DNA of 64,000 nt from Eledone cirrhosa (taxonomy: Eukaryota), in assembly GCA_964016885.1 (NCBI GenBank), contig OZ024741.1, forward strand, positions 229,090,001 through 229,154,000. Direction: 5' to 3'. The position numbers and the translations under genes are program-made. The notes below the pieces were generated by a model. The model worked only from the letters and a program-made list of their open reading frames with translations, made no database searches and was not told where the DNA came from. Of this stretch, positions 1-13,096 are shown one piece after another (the first letter of the stretch is position 1; the number at the start of each line of letters is the position of its first letter).

Positions 1-426
1 CCAACAACACTACCAAAATAATGGTAAGGTCAAATGTACTGAACAATAGCAGGCAAAAACACTACAGGGAGCCTCATCCCAGAAAGAATTCTATAGACTT
101 CTGACTGAGCAATGCTCTCAGAACTGACCAATGGGAAGTTTGACACTTTTTTTGTTATTTTGTTCCTTTAACACCTTGTCCCTTCTACCATTTTATCAAT
201 TTTTAAGCTAACTCCAACAATAACAACACTTAGAATGAGGAATGTTCTAATAACTGACCAATGAGAGGAGAAGAGGACCTTTGACACTGAAATTCGTTTC
301 TTTGAATTCATATGACTCCAGTTCCCCAGTGAATTAACAACCCAACAAGGAACTGGGCATATCAGAGTATTGACAATATTATACACCTAAACAACATATG
401 TACTTGTCTATACCATACTAATTCAA

Positions 427-487
427 ACTGCCTGAAGAGGTCACAGCCAAAGATGGCTGTCACTGAAATATATATAGCAGTAATAAA
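427..487 (+). ncRNA. Type I minimal hammerhead ribozyme (PLE pLTR-type) followed by AATAAA
   Basis: actgc-CTGAAGA-[ggtcacagcca aaga tggctgtcact]-GAAA-tatata-TA-gcagt-aataaa. Stem I is actgc/gcagt, stem II is long, stem III is palindromic. Confidence 0.8.
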
Positions 488-535
488 CGAAGCTAAATTT
501 TAATCATTTGACTTTTATTTAACTTTATATGCATA

Positions 536-580
<45 letters not shown>

Positions 581-750
581 GTATATATCTGTATATGTAT
601 ATATATATATATATATATACAAAAGTTCTATTTAAAGTTGCTGGGATACAACAAGTAAATATTTTTATAACTGATATAAAGCATTCGACAAATTTTTGGA
701 GTAGATATACGATACTAATAAATGGAAACTATATTTATAAAACCATATTT

Positions 751-813
751 ATTTCATTATACATATTTCAGGGATACCACATTAAATTATGGTATGCCTT
801 CATCAGACAAAAT
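751..813 (-). ncRNA. Type I hammerhead ribozyme (PLE 3' pLTR)
   Basis: Reverse complement of the 2805-2867 motif: CTGATGA, stem II ataccata/tgtggtat, GAAA, tatgta-TA. Confidence 0.7.
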
Positions 814-2804
814 ACAATATATAACAGTTTTACAAATAGGTTTGACGTACCCTTTAAAATACAACCATTACTTTTGGGGGCTGTCTGGATAGTGATTTGT
901 TTATATAATAAGTCATAGTGTTAAGCACAATTAGAAAAAGACGGAGATAAAGAAAGAGAAAAGAACAAAGACAGAGAGAGAGAAAGAAAAGAGAAAGAAA
1001 ACCTGGAGAAATATCGGAGAGAGAGAGAAATGTATGGAGAAAAGAAAGAGATAGATAAAGATAGGAGGAAATAAAAAAGAAAGAAAAGGAAGGAATAGGA
1101 AAAACAAAGGAAAGCAACAGAGAGATATCAAGTCATCATACAGAAAGAGAAACTCAAGAGAGAGAAATACTATATAGAGAGAGGGGGACAGTGACAACTT
1201 TACGTCATGTCATATTAAGTTGAGTTAACAATTTATGTGAAATGAATAATAAAAATATAAATATAAGTATCAATATTCATGAATGGGACATAGATATATA
1301 ATATGAGAAATTAAACATTGTTCAATAATGACCATATGTTTAGTTTAGAAACTTGAGATCAATATACCAAAATCTGAGTTCAAAATGTACCCTTGCTATA
1401 GAGATTAGTATTTTATGCAAAGACATACAAATATATATGTATATATACATACATATAGATACGCACGTCCTGAAAATAGAAATTATGTTTACTCAAGCCA
1501 ACAATATAGCCATACAAAACGTAAATGATTTCTCTTAATCACTGCTATACACTCATTGTGTTATAAAAAATTTACAGTATATATATACAAATATATACTA
1601 TTAACAATCATGTCCTCATATATACGATTACCATTCATGTGTTTAATATTATGCACATCTGCAACATACCTCTCAACCACATAGATATATACACATACAT
1701 ATATACACATACATATGTATAAATAAATATTTGCGTGCGTCCTCATGCATCACTCATGTATATATACAGACACATATACAAACACAAAAAATCTATAACA
1801 CTTTCTATGCATGTTAATACACACATATGCATTTGTATAGAGATAATCCAATATCAATAAATTACCAAAGGATTATAATTTGTAAATATAACCATAACAA
1901 TACAAATTTAAAATACCAAAGGAATATATTTTGGAAATGCAACTATATAGTCAAATGAAATCTAGAAATATTAAAGCATTAAATATCATTAAAACATTAT
2001 AGAGTATCTTAAGTTAAAATAATATATTTTTATATATTTAGTATAGAAATTTATCCTACGTATATCTCAATCAAGATATTGAGAGGGTAGACTTGTGAAA
2101 GTTATGAGAAGCTATCATAATCAAAACAAATAAAAATAATTTAAAAGATTTAAGAAATTTAAAAACCCAATGACTCTACAGATAACTTTATATTTAATAT
2201 AGAAATTTACCTTACGTATATTTTATTTAATACATTGGAAGTATAGACATTTTAGAGTAGTTTATTATATCCATGTTTATATTTAGGAAGAAAGTTTAAA
2301 AAGAAAAAGGTGAAGGAATCTAATGGATTATCGAGAGGTTCTATATATTAACTAAAATTACTTAATTAATTATACTACGTTTTAGATTTATATTTATATT
2401 TAAACGTTGAGTTCAATCTATGTCTGCAGCAACTGAATAAATTGTTCCTCAGATTAAGGGAATTTTTGGACTTTAATATAAAGAATATTTCTTCAATACA
2501 AAGATCACAATTTTCTGAAGAGGAATTAAAAGGAAATAATATTCCAATTCATCGAATATTTAATATTATCTCGTTTTAGGTCCCATAGTAGACTAGATAG
2601 CGAAGTTGAAGATTTTTTTCTTTCTCTTTTCTTTCTCTCTCTCTGTCTTTGTTCTTTTCTCTTTCTTTATCTCCGTCTTTTTTCTAATTGTGCTTAACAC
2701 TATGACTTATTATATAAACAAATCACTATCCAGACAGCCTCCAAAAGTAATGGTTGTATGTTAAAGGGTACGTCAAACCTATTTGTAAAACTGTTATATA
2801 TTGT

Positions 2805-2870
2805 ATTTTGTCTGATGAAGGCATACCATAATTTAATGTGGTATCCCTGAAATATGTATAATGAAATAAA
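2805..2870 (+). ncRNA. Type I hammerhead ribozyme (inverted pLTR copy)
   Basis: attttgt-CTGATGA-aggcataccata atttaa tgtggtatccct-GAAA-tatgta-TA-atgaaat, overlapping AATAAA. Confidence 0.7.
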
Positions 2871-2946
2871 TATGGTTTTATAAATATAGTTTCCATTTAT
2901 TAATATCGTATATATATATATATATATATATATATAGGTATATGTG

Positions 2947-2980
<34 letters not shown>

Positions 2981-3096
2981 AATAAGAGGAATTCCAACTT
3001 TGTCTGATTTACTCGTTTTATTTACAATCCTTTAAAATATATATAATGGTATTATAATGAAATAGTATGATAGAATATTAAATTCTAAGTGTTAAT

Positions 3097-3135
3097 TGAA
3101 CAAGTACTTTCATGCTTTCGCAATCTTCAGGTTCA
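3097..3135 (-). ncRNA. Type I minimal hammerhead ribozyme
   Basis: tgaac-CTGAAGA-t tgc gaaa gca t-GAAA-gtac-TT-gttca. Palindromic stem III AAGTACTT. The paralog at 6026-6063 is degenerate. Confidence 0.7.
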
Positions 3136-3442
3136 TGATATGTGGTGACAGTCGAGTTTGCAATTTTCAACTGTAATGAGATGGGTAAATTTCCTACCTT
3201 TTATACATTTTATACAGAGAAAAGTGGCTCCAGAATGCAAAGCCCTGTAAACTGTATTTCGACCAATCAGTGTGTAGTTTCACTGAATTACTACAGCTGA
3301 TTGGTTTAAGCGTCACGGCTGGTTGAGCATGCTAACGACCAATAGTCATATCCAACGTATCAATTGTTTTGCTTTTTTGAAATGATGAAAATAGCATTTT
3401 CTATTAATCATCACCATCAACATCACTTGTATTATTATTATT

Positions 3443-3478
<36 letters not shown>

Positions 3479-3525
3479 AGTGGTCGTGGTTATAGTGGTA
3501 GTAGAAGTAATGCCCCTAGGCGTTA

Positions 3526-4005
3526 TTATTGTTCATTTAGCTTGGGTTTGAATTTATCAATAAAATTCTTTTCTTTGATTTTTCTCTTGATTTCACTTGG
3601 GCTGTGTAATTTGTAGAATGGGAATATTATAAATATTCCCTGACCACATGTTGCCAGGTGGCCGCTTAGGGGTATCTGACGGACATTTGGGTCTCTGATT
3701 TGTTGACGGTGTACCCGTGCACGTTCCGATAGTGAATTTCCAGTTTGACCGACATATAGTTCTTCACAATTCGGGCATTTAATGCAGTAAATTAGATTTC
3801 TGCTTTTGCAGTTCATATTTGCATTTGGGAATATTTTTCCAGTTTTTGTTTTTATATATTGACCGGCGTGTATGGATTGACATGTGCCGCATCGATTATC
3901 ATTGCATTTAGATACAGTGAATGATTGGTCTTTGTTGTTAAGGTCAAAGTTTGCTTTTGTTAGCAATTGCTTCAAATTTTTTGGCTGTCTTTTACTAAGA
4001 GTCAA
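3526..4005 (-). pseudogene. PLE Zn-linker plus GIY-YIG endonuclease (C-terminal part of PLE ORF)
   Basis: KCNDNRCGTC linker, LIYCIKCPNCEELYVGQTGNSLSERARVHRQQI GIY-YIG motif, KEKNFIDKFKPKLN end. RT part missing. Confidence 0.9.
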
Positions 4006-4131
4006 AGATCGATCTGTGATTAGGCCTTTTAATTCATTACTTTGAGCAATGATCGGTAGGTTTGCTTTGGCAGTGTTGAAGATATTCTGGTGACATGGGT
4101 TAAGGCAACCACGTCACCTTTTTGTTCAACA

Positions 4132-4199
4132 CTGACAAAGGAACGCTGTACTAGTTTCAAGCTTATTAACTATCGTCAGCAACGTATACCTTCCTGCCA
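4132..4199 (-). ncRNA. Type I hammerhead ribozyme, short non-coding repeat family, copy 1
   Basis: Reverse complement of the 4294-4362 motif. Confidence 0.8.
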
Positions 4200-4293
4200 A
4201 ATTGTTGAACGTATATACTTACCTTATGCATCTTAACGGCTGAGTAGCCCAATCTGCATATATATATATATATATATATGCAAATATAACAAT

Positions 4294-4362
4294 CTGACAG
4301 GAAGGTATACGTTGCTGACGATAGCTAATAAGCTTGAAACTAGTACAGCGTTCCTTTGTCAG
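4294..4362 (+). ncRNA. Type I hammerhead ribozyme, short non-coding repeat family, copy 2
   Basis: acgttg-CTGACGA-tagc taataa gctt-GAAA-ctag-TA-cagcgt. Stem I extends via ctgacaggaa/ttcctttgtcag; palindromic CTAG stem III; GUA cleavage triplet. Confidence 0.85.
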
Positions 4363-4489
4363 TGTTGAACAAATGAGCAACGATGGTTGCTAGACACTAC
4401 GGCTTAATACGGGATGTTTGTTTACAAACACACCGAGCATTATAATAAATGTTCGGTGAATCCATACGTACATAAATATAGGCCGGGTA

Positions 4490-4570
4490 AATTGTGTAAG
4501 TGGTAGAGCAGTGGTCTGGATAACCAAAGATGTGGGTTCGACTCCCATGTACGTCAATACTCCTCTTTTT
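4490..4570 (+). other. tRNA-derived sequence with Pol III A/B boxes (pseudo-tRNA or SINE head)
   Basis: A-box-like tgtaagtggtagagc, T-arm gtggg TTCGACT cccat, T-run at ~4566-4570. No convincing acceptor stem. Confidence 0.55.
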
Positions 4571-4978
4571 CCATTTCTCCGAGGGTTCTTAACCCCACTA
4601 TCAGGCTAAATAATTTCTTTAATTTCTTTAGTCAAAATACGGCGATAGCTTACATTTATAATAATTTCAAACCCGCTCGCTGTTTCGAAAATATTCTTAC
4701 TTGATATATATATATAGAATGGAAAACGAAAACTCAGTGATGCATCGGAACCCAATTTATTGTGTGTTACAATTGTTTCCCCGGCGAACAGCTCGAGGTG
4801 CGATCTGTGTGTGGATCGACCTGACTCTAGACTCGCCTGTTCCTCGGACACGTCTATTGATTTCGGAACATATCATCTTTCTGGGGTTTCTGACCCTACG
4901 GGTCTATATCTTCTACCTTCATCCGCTTTGCGCGTACTTGGGGTGGTCAGTGGTTAGTGACTTCTTCATTATTCTGAC

Positions 4979-5109
<131 letters not shown>

Positions 5110-5165
5110 GTATAAACACACACATATATATTTATATTTATATATATATATTTATATATATATAT

Positions 5166-5421
5166 AAACGGAAAAAATGAAACGAAATTTCATTTCTCAC
5201 TCTTAGTACGGCTGTTACTTAAATATAAGTATATATACGTACATACAGACGTACAGTAGTATGTATATATATATATATGTGTGTGTGCATGTATGTATAT
5301 ATATATATATACATACTACTGTACGTCTGTATAAATATATGTATGTACGTATACATACTTATATTTAAGTAACAGCCGTACTAAGAGTGAGAAATGAAAT
5401 TTCGTTTAATTTTTTCCGTTT
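5166..5421. repeat. Fold-back inverted repeat (~100-bp arms)
   Basis: aaacggaaaaaatgaaacgaaatttcatttctcactcttagtacggctgttacttaaatataag versus its reverse complement at 5357-5421. Confidence 0.85.
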
Positions 5422-5757
5422 ATCACTCGATATGCAAATTAGGCTGCTCAGCCGTTAATATGCATAAGGAAAGTATATACTTACAGACGTTCAATTATCT
5501 GGCAGGAAGGTATACGTTGCTGACGATAGCTAATAATCTTGAAACTAGTACAGCGTTCCTTTGTCAGTGTTGAACAAATGAGCAAAGATGGTTGCTAGAC
5601 ACTGTACGGCTTAATTAGGGATGTGTGTTTACAAACACACCGAGCATTATAATAAATGTTCGGTGAATCAATACGTATATATATATGTCTGCATGTATGT
5701 ATATATATATACATACTACTGTACGTCTGTATACATATATGTATGTACGTATACATA

Positions 5758-5762
<5 letters not shown>
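5290..5762 (+). mobile_element. ~400-nt non-coding hammerhead-bearing repeat with terminal redundancy (retrozyme or non-autonomous PLE-like)
   Basis: acatactactgtacgtctgtata...catactt occurs at ~5311 and ~5711. Hammerhead at 5514-5556 (copy 3). Hairpin caccgagcat/atgttcggtg. Confidence 0.6.
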
Positions 5763-5794
<32 letters not shown>

Positions 5795-5844
5795 GGGTCT
5801 GTATGATTGTGTATAGAAGATTATACTTTGTCTGATTTACTCGT

Positions 5845-5906
<62 letters not shown>

Positions 5907-5914
5907 TACACGGG

Positions 5915-7376
5915 TGTGTATGATTATACTTTGTCTGATTTACTCGTTTTATTTACAATCCTTTATAATTTATAATGGTATTAGAATGAAATAGTATAGT
6001 AGAATATTAAATGTTAAGTGTTAATTGAACAAGTACTTTCAGGCTCCATAAACTTCAGGTTCATATTCTGTGGTGACAGTCAAGTTTGTAATTTTCAACT
6101 GTAATGAGATGGGTAAATTTTCTGCCTTATATACAGTGAAAAGCGGCTCCAGAATGCTAGATTCTGCAAACTGTATTTCGACCAATCCGTGTGAAACTTG
6201 ACTGGATTACTAAAGCTGATTGGTTTAGGCGTCACGGTTGGTTGAGCATGTCTAACGACTACTATTTGACCCTATCCAAAGCATCAATTGTTTTGCTATT
6301 TTTAGAAATGATGAAAATAGCATTTTCTAGTATTCATCACCATCAATATCACTTTTATTATCATTATTGTTGTTGTTGTTTTTAGTGGTAGCAGTCGACA
6401 TGGTCGTAGTCATAGTAGGAGTAATACCCCTAAGCGTTATTATTGTTCATTTAGCTTGGGTTGGAATTTATCAATAAAATTCTTTTCTTTGATTTTTCTC
6501 TTGATTTCACTTGGGCTGTGTAATTTGTAGAATGGAAATATTATAAATATTCTCTGACCATGTTGCTAGATGGTTACTCAGGGGTATCTGACGGACATTT
6601 GGTTCTCTGATTTGCTGTCGGTGCATCCGTGGACGTTCCGATAGTGCATTTCCAGTTTGACCGACATATAGTTCTTCACAATTCGGGCATTTAATGCAGT
6701 AAATTAGATTTCTGATTTGCAGTTCATATTTGCATTTGGGAATATTTTTCCAGTTTTTGTGTTCATATATTGACCGTTGTGTATGGATTGACATGTGCCA
6801 CATCAACTATCATTGCATTTAGATACAGTGAATGATTGGTCTTTGTTGTTAAGGTCAAAGTTTGCTTTTGTTAGTAATTGCTTCAAATTTTTCGGCTGTC
6901 TTTTACTAAGAGTCAAAGATCGGTCTGTGATTAAACCTTTTAATTCATTACTTTGAGCAATGATCGGTAGGTTTGCTTTGGCAGTGTTGAAGATATTCTG
7001 GTGACATGGGTTGTGTGTCATTATAAATGGTATGACCAGTTCGTGGTTTCTTCTTCCTTGGGTTGTCCTAAGTTGTAGTATAGGTATTTTTATAGCCCGC
7101 TGTATGCTTTTTTATATAAGTACAGATGGGTATTTGTTTGAGCAAAAATTCTCTCAGTTCTGTTAGGCGTTTATTCCTGGTATTCGTATCTTCTACAATG
7201 GTACAAATTCTTCTGGCTAGGCAGTATGGGATGTTGCGTTTTGTATGAGGTGGATGGCACGACTTAAAATTCAGATATTGATGGGTGTCTGTGTTTTTAT
7301 AATATATATCCGTGGTAATTGTGGTGACGTTTTTGATTACCATTATATCTAGGAATGGTAATTTAGTACTACTCAT
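5915..7376 (-). mobile_element. Penelope-like element, 5'-truncated and frameshifted (RT C-terminus, linker, GIY-YIG)
   Basis: LPFLDIMV...DIYYKNTDTHQYLNFKSCHPPHTKRNIPYCLARRICTIV (7068-7376) and LIYCIKCPNCEELYVGQTG (6507-6806). Same family as 2997-4101. Confidence 0.9.
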
Positions 7377-7823
7377 CTCTTTTGTGTTTTAATGCATCAC
7401 TGATTCCTCGTTATCTATCTATCTATCTATCTATCTATTTATCTATGTATCTATATCTATATATCTATATATATATATAAATTTTTTATTATTCCACAAT
7501 GCTTCAAGCAAACTTCAATAATCTCTTATATACATATATATAATATATATATAACGTAAGTTTTCAAGGTATTTCTTGAAAACGATAAACATATCTGAGG
7601 ACCTTACGAGTGCAGAGTCGGGTTCGATATATAATAGATCCTGCCGTGAGCTGATCGTCGGAGAATCATATGTAATATGTTATTAAATTGTGTTTTAATG
7701 CATCACTGATGCCTCGTTATCTATAAGTATATACTCTGCTCCGCGGGAGCATCGAGTGCTCAAACGGCATACCGCCTACAGTATCAATATCAATATATTG
7801 ATATATATACTGATATATATATA

Positions 7824-7893
<70 letters not shown>

Positions 7894-8429
7894 TATATAT
7901 ATATATAAATATATATATCAATATGTAGGCATTACCTTCACCCGAATTTATTTCCTCGTACATTTCTCGGTAATGTATATGAATTATTTAATGAAAATTT
8001 GCAGCAATAAGATTTCAAAGAAGTAGATTATGATTATATTTATGAAATTTGAAATAAATTATTTGATATTGTTATACTTTCATTGTTGAATATTTCCGTC
8101 CATTAATGTTTTCATTTACTGACTACATTTGATCTATAAGCATAATAGGCTAAACGTAAATTCGAAAAGTCTTTATCATATCTTCCAACTTCATGGTGAT
8201 AATTAAATTAGTCCATCTATGGACTGCATTTTTTAAAAATTTCATCGGCATAAACTTAATCTACATTTTCAGAAATAAGATTACATTTAAAAAATATGCA
8301 TTATTAAGACAGTTATTCGGTGAGAAGACACTGAATTGTCGTTATGCCAGTGCATACATAATATATGTATATAAATGTATATATATATATATCACTGGAG
8401 CGATCTAAGCCCTTATTCTATATATATAA

Positions 8430-8543
8430 GATTTCCTTCGAATGAAACAGTTCTAGTCCTGTAGAAGCCATTTCTATATTAAACATTTGTACTCTGCTAT
8501 GTATTGAGTACCGTACTTATTGTGGTTACCCTCGATTGAATCC

Positions 8544-8550
<7 letters not shown>
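8430..8550 (+). repeat. Truncated PLE pLTR fragment (3' half of a hammerhead)
   Basis: gaatGAAAcagttctagtcctgTAgaag...ctctgctatgtattgagtacc...gtggttacc matches the reverse complement of 63520-63625. Confidence 0.6.
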
Positions 8551-8595
<45 letters not shown>

Positions 8596-8914
8596 AGGGG
8601 ATGTTGTAGTTTGCTTGAAGCATTGTGTGTAGTCTGTTATTTGAAGGTTACGGCAATATACGATATGGACGGCCAATTTCGAAAAAGAAATGAAGTCAAC
8701 AAAGATGTTTGTGTGTTACCTGGTAGTTTATTTATCGGTCGTTATATTTCAGGATTAAAATCCCTTCATCCAATGAGTAAAAAAGAAACTGCTTCCAATA
8801 AATGTATGATGGCCATAACAAACAAAGCGTACAGCTCCAAATCACTTCCTTATTTTATTCTGCATACATACACACACAGACACAGACACACACACACACA
8901 TACACACACGTATA

Positions 8915-8974
<60 letters not shown>

Positions 8975-9004
8975 AAAGAATAGAGGTGTAACACACAAGT
9001 TATT

Positions 9005-9528
<524 letters not shown>

Positions 9529-9579
9529 GTATGTGTGTTTGTGTGTGTGAGGGGGGGGTTGCGCGTGTGTGTGTGGCGG

Positions 9580-10345
9580 GACAAATAATAATACTGTAAA
9601 TAAGAAAACACCAAAGACGTCCCGCACAAAATCATACCTATGGTATAATCCTCCGCATAATGATCTGGTAACTACTAAGCTATCCTATCTCTTCTTCAAA
9701 CTTATAGATGAACACTTTCCTCCTACACACAAATTCCGTAGAATACTAAATAGAGACGCCATCCGACTATCCTATTCCACCTCAGCAAACCTAGGCAATT
9801 TCATCATGAAATTAAATAACAATGTACTCCGCATGTATGGCAATACCAACAGCCAATGGGAACCCGGACATACTCTGAACCCTCAGCAACATCTGCAGCC
9901 TCCAACATTGAGCAGACTAGCACCGACAAATAACAACGTCTCTTCCGCTTTACGCGCATATCCGGAGCAACAACAAAATACCCGAAATAACACCCCAACA
10001 CAAGAACCGGAGAAGAAACCACACATTCTACACGGACAAACTGCAACAGCAGAAATCCCAGCAATTGTCTGTTATCGGGTAAATGTTTGTACAAAAACAT
10101 TATTTACCAAGGTATGATCAAATCTGAACTGGGAATATATAAATATATAATGGGTGCCACTGCCACTATTTTCAAGAAAAGATGGTATGTGCACACCCAC
10201 ACGTTAAAAACACCAGTTTAGCTAGATCTACGGCCTAACGAAAAAGATCTGGGATCTGAAGCGCACTAATATTGAATACACACTACAATGGTCCGTGCTG
10301 AAATTCGCCCGTCTATACCGGAATGAAAGAGTGTGTGCAGATACA
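9580..10345 (+). mobile_element. Penelope-like element fragment (linker plus frameshifted GIY-YIG)
   Basis: [49 protein letters not shown]. Other frames give CNSRNPSNCLLSGKCLYKNIIYQG and KIWDLKRTNIEYTLQWSVLK. Confidence 0.8.
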
Positions 10346-10440
10346 TATATATATAGAGAGAGAATTCTCTTTGAGGTCCCATGCTATATACCGATTCACA
10401 GAGCCTAATCCAAGTACGTTCTATTATTATTAATAACATT

Positions 10441-10520
10441 AGCAGTATCGGTAGAGGGTCGGACGCCATGCTTTGCAGCAAAAGAGTTACGGCCGAGGTT
10501 AACTTTGCCTTTCATCCTTT
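10441..10520 (+). mobile_element. tRNA-derived Nin/Deu-domain SINE, partial
   Basis: gcagtatcggtagagggtcggacgccatgctttgcagc...gccgaggttaactttgcctttcatcctt. Confidence 0.8.
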
Positions 10521-10529
10521 GTTTTTGAT

Positions 10530-11822
10530 GTCATCTGGAGGCTGATGACATCAAAAACAAAAAAAAAATGAAAGAAATGATAAGATCTGGGTACATAAGG
10601 AGAGTAAGAAGCGTATTAAAATCACATCTAAATAGTAGGAATCTCATAAGTGCGGTAAATTCCCGAGCTGTGTCTATAATTAGGTACAGTGCGGGAAATC
10701 TGAAATTCTGAAATGGAATGTTGCTGAACAAAAAGAAATGGATAGGAAGACTAGGAAGCTATTGACTATCTACAACATGTTTCACAAGAGGAGTGATGTC
10801 GATAGACTCTACTTAAAGAGATCTGAAGGTTGAAGAGGTCTTATCAGCATAGAGGACTGTGTTCAGATGGAGAAAAACAACCTGCACAAATATGTGACTG
10901 ACAGTAGGGACCCAATGCTCAAAATTGTACCGAAGACAATAGACCAGGGGATGTCCAAGGAGGAAATGACAACAAGGAGGACAACCTCCATGAAAAATCC
11001 CTTCATAGTACCTTCTTTAAGAAAACGGAATTTAGAGATCCACAGACATGGAACTGGTTAAAAAGCGGAGACCTTTAAAAAGCTACAGAAGGAATGCTAA
11101 TGGCTGCACAAGATCAAGCCCTCGGAGCGAAGTGGGTGAAACACCATATTGACAAGGAGGAGGCTAGCTCACTGTGGAGAGAGAGGGGAGACTGTTGCTC
11201 ACATTGTATCCGAGTGTAAACACCTAGCCCAGACTCACTATAAAGGCTGGAGACATGATATGATAGGCAGGGTGATCCACTGGCATCTATGTAAAGTAAA
11301 CTATTTACCATATTCTGAGAAGTTGTATGCGCATAAGCCAGAGTCGGTGATAGAAAACGATCAGGTGAAGGTGCTATGGGATTTTAGGATACAGACGGAC
11401 AAGAAATTAGAACACAATATAGGCCTGACCTGGTGGTTTTCGACAAGGAAAAATGATCGTGCCTGATTGTAGATGTAGCCTGCCCATTTGACACGAGAGT
11501 GCAAGAAAAGGAGAGGGAGAAATTTAACCGATACCAGGATTTAAAGTGGGAGTTAAAAAGGATTTGGAACTGCCATGAAATCAACGTCGTCCCGATTGTC
11601 ATATGGGGCTCTAGGTACTATTTCCAAGGATGATTAGAGAAGATTAGTCCAGCCCCGCTTTTTGGAACACTTCAAAAGTCATGCTTGCTGGGAACAGCAA
11701 GCATGACATCCTATACTTCCTGAATATCTGAGGCGGCAGGTAGCGGCTTGATATTCATTTCAACAAACTTTCCAGTTAAATAACATCAATGACTGAGACT
11801 CAAAGAACAATAATAATAATAA
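10530..11822 (+). mobile_element. R4/Dong-clade REL non-LTR retrotransposon, decayed 3' part, ending in (TAA)n
   Basis: CGERGETVAHIVSECKHLAQTHYKGWRHD (CCHC plus RHD), WDFRIQTDK, PD..D REL remnants. Ends gactcaaagaacaataataataataat. Confidence 0.85.
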
Positions 11823-12765
11823 TTCACTCTTTATTGGCCACAAGGGCCTGCATATAGGGGAAAATACAATACAGAGGGACATTTGGCGGTACCGAAAAGT
11901 CGAGTAAACACTATAAAAAACAATAACAAGAACAAGAAAATTTTAACAATATAAATTCCCCAATAGAGGGAGAACCACCCAGGGACGACTCAGGTACCCC
12001 ACTAATCCTGAACCAACCGATGCTTCTAGAGCACCCGAGGAGGTTACCCCTCTCCCATCTACAAATCAGCCAGCCTATAGGTGCACGATCAGAGTAGGCC
12101 CATTCACACAGGCCATTCTCGCCACATTCACCCACCTTTTAAAAAATGTACTGGAAGGCAGCACTTCTCTCTCCACCCTCACCTTCAACCTGGTCCACCA
12201 CACAACCCCTTTCGCCACCAGACAGAGGAAAATTTCCTGCGCTTCCCAGCCAAAAGAAGAAGCCGGAGCGATCTTCACTATGGACTCGGTCGATAGCCGG
12301 ATCCAACCTACACTTCATAACAGCTGCTCGACATAAATCCACAAGCCAGTAATGCACGGATACCGGACGAGAGCATGCAGAACGGTTTCGTTGGTCCGCG
12401 CGCATCTCAGGCAGGCCCGACTGACCACACGTGCGTGCCAGTAGCGATTATCTCGAACCGGCAGAGCCCCCCCCCCCCCCCCTCCCCCGGTAGCACTATC
12501 AAACGAAGGATTTCTGGAAGTTATCTATAGTCCCGGCTCGAAAGTCGTCCGGAACAGACTGCTCAGTTCAATTTCATCGACGCCTACAGCTTCCCCGAGA
12601 GCGTCGTCGCACTTGCCATCACCATTCCTCTATAGAACTCGAGAGTGGAAGTTCCACTGACCGTATTGCCCGCCTTCTAGAGGGCAGTGAGCGGACAGAA
12701 TGGAGAAGGCGTTTCCCCGAAGGATGGTAAGGGAGATGCGTATACAGGAACAACGGGTTAGCAAT
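11823..12765 (-). mobile_element. Tx1/L1-clade retrotransposon 3' fragment
   Basis: EIFLCLVAKGVVWWTRLKVRVEREVLPSSTFFKRWVNVARMA, homologous to 39951-40298. 3' end ggcccttgtggccaataaagagtgaattattatt abuts the R4 element tail-to-tail. Confidence 0.85.
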
Positions 12766-12957
12766 AACTAAAATCACTAAGGACCACACCGTAAACAAAT
12801 TAAGACAGGGAATTATCCATACATTTACTACTTTTAGCCTTAGAGTCGGCAGCAGATGATATGTGGGACACAAGTGAGCCATTGGAGTGTTCTCGTTGGG
12901 CCTTGGATTTTTCAAATGTGTATATTTAAGATTCAATATGATATACATGTGGACCAT

Positions 12958-12964
12958 CGCCAAA

Positions 12965-12995
<31 letters not shown>

Positions 12996-13096
12996 CTTCT
13001 TCTTCTTCTTCTTCTTCTTCGCCCACTTATTCCTGAGAGGGTCGTGGGGGCAGAGTCCTCAAACCCGCTCTCCAGCGGGTCCTGTCAGAAGCAACT
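12958..13096 (-). mobile_element. Short 5'-truncated non-LTR insertion with (GAA)n tail, possibly RTE clade
   Basis: (TTC)n at 12967-13020 plus ~75 bp unique sequence. Flanked by ~48-bp imperfect direct repeats (12908-12957 and 13097-13144). Confidence 0.5.

Larger units (their letters stand above)
704..2913 (-). mobile_element. 5'-truncated Penelope-like element with inverted pLTR copy
   Basis: 704-1001 and 2615-2913 are near-identical inverted copies, each with a hammerhead. Minus strand 2395-2610 translates, with one frameshift, to STSLSSLLWDLKRDNIKYSMNWNII/NCDLCIEEIFFILKSKNSLNLRNNLFSCCRH, the C-terminus of a PLE GIY-YIG endonuclease. Confidence 0.75.
2997..4101 (-). mobile_element. Penelope-like element, 3' fragment (GIY-YIG plus 3' UTR/pLTR)
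   Basis: Contains ORF 3526-4005, a CCAAT-rich 3' UTR and a hammerhead at 3097-3135. A second copy of the family lies at 5915-7376. Confidence 0.9.
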
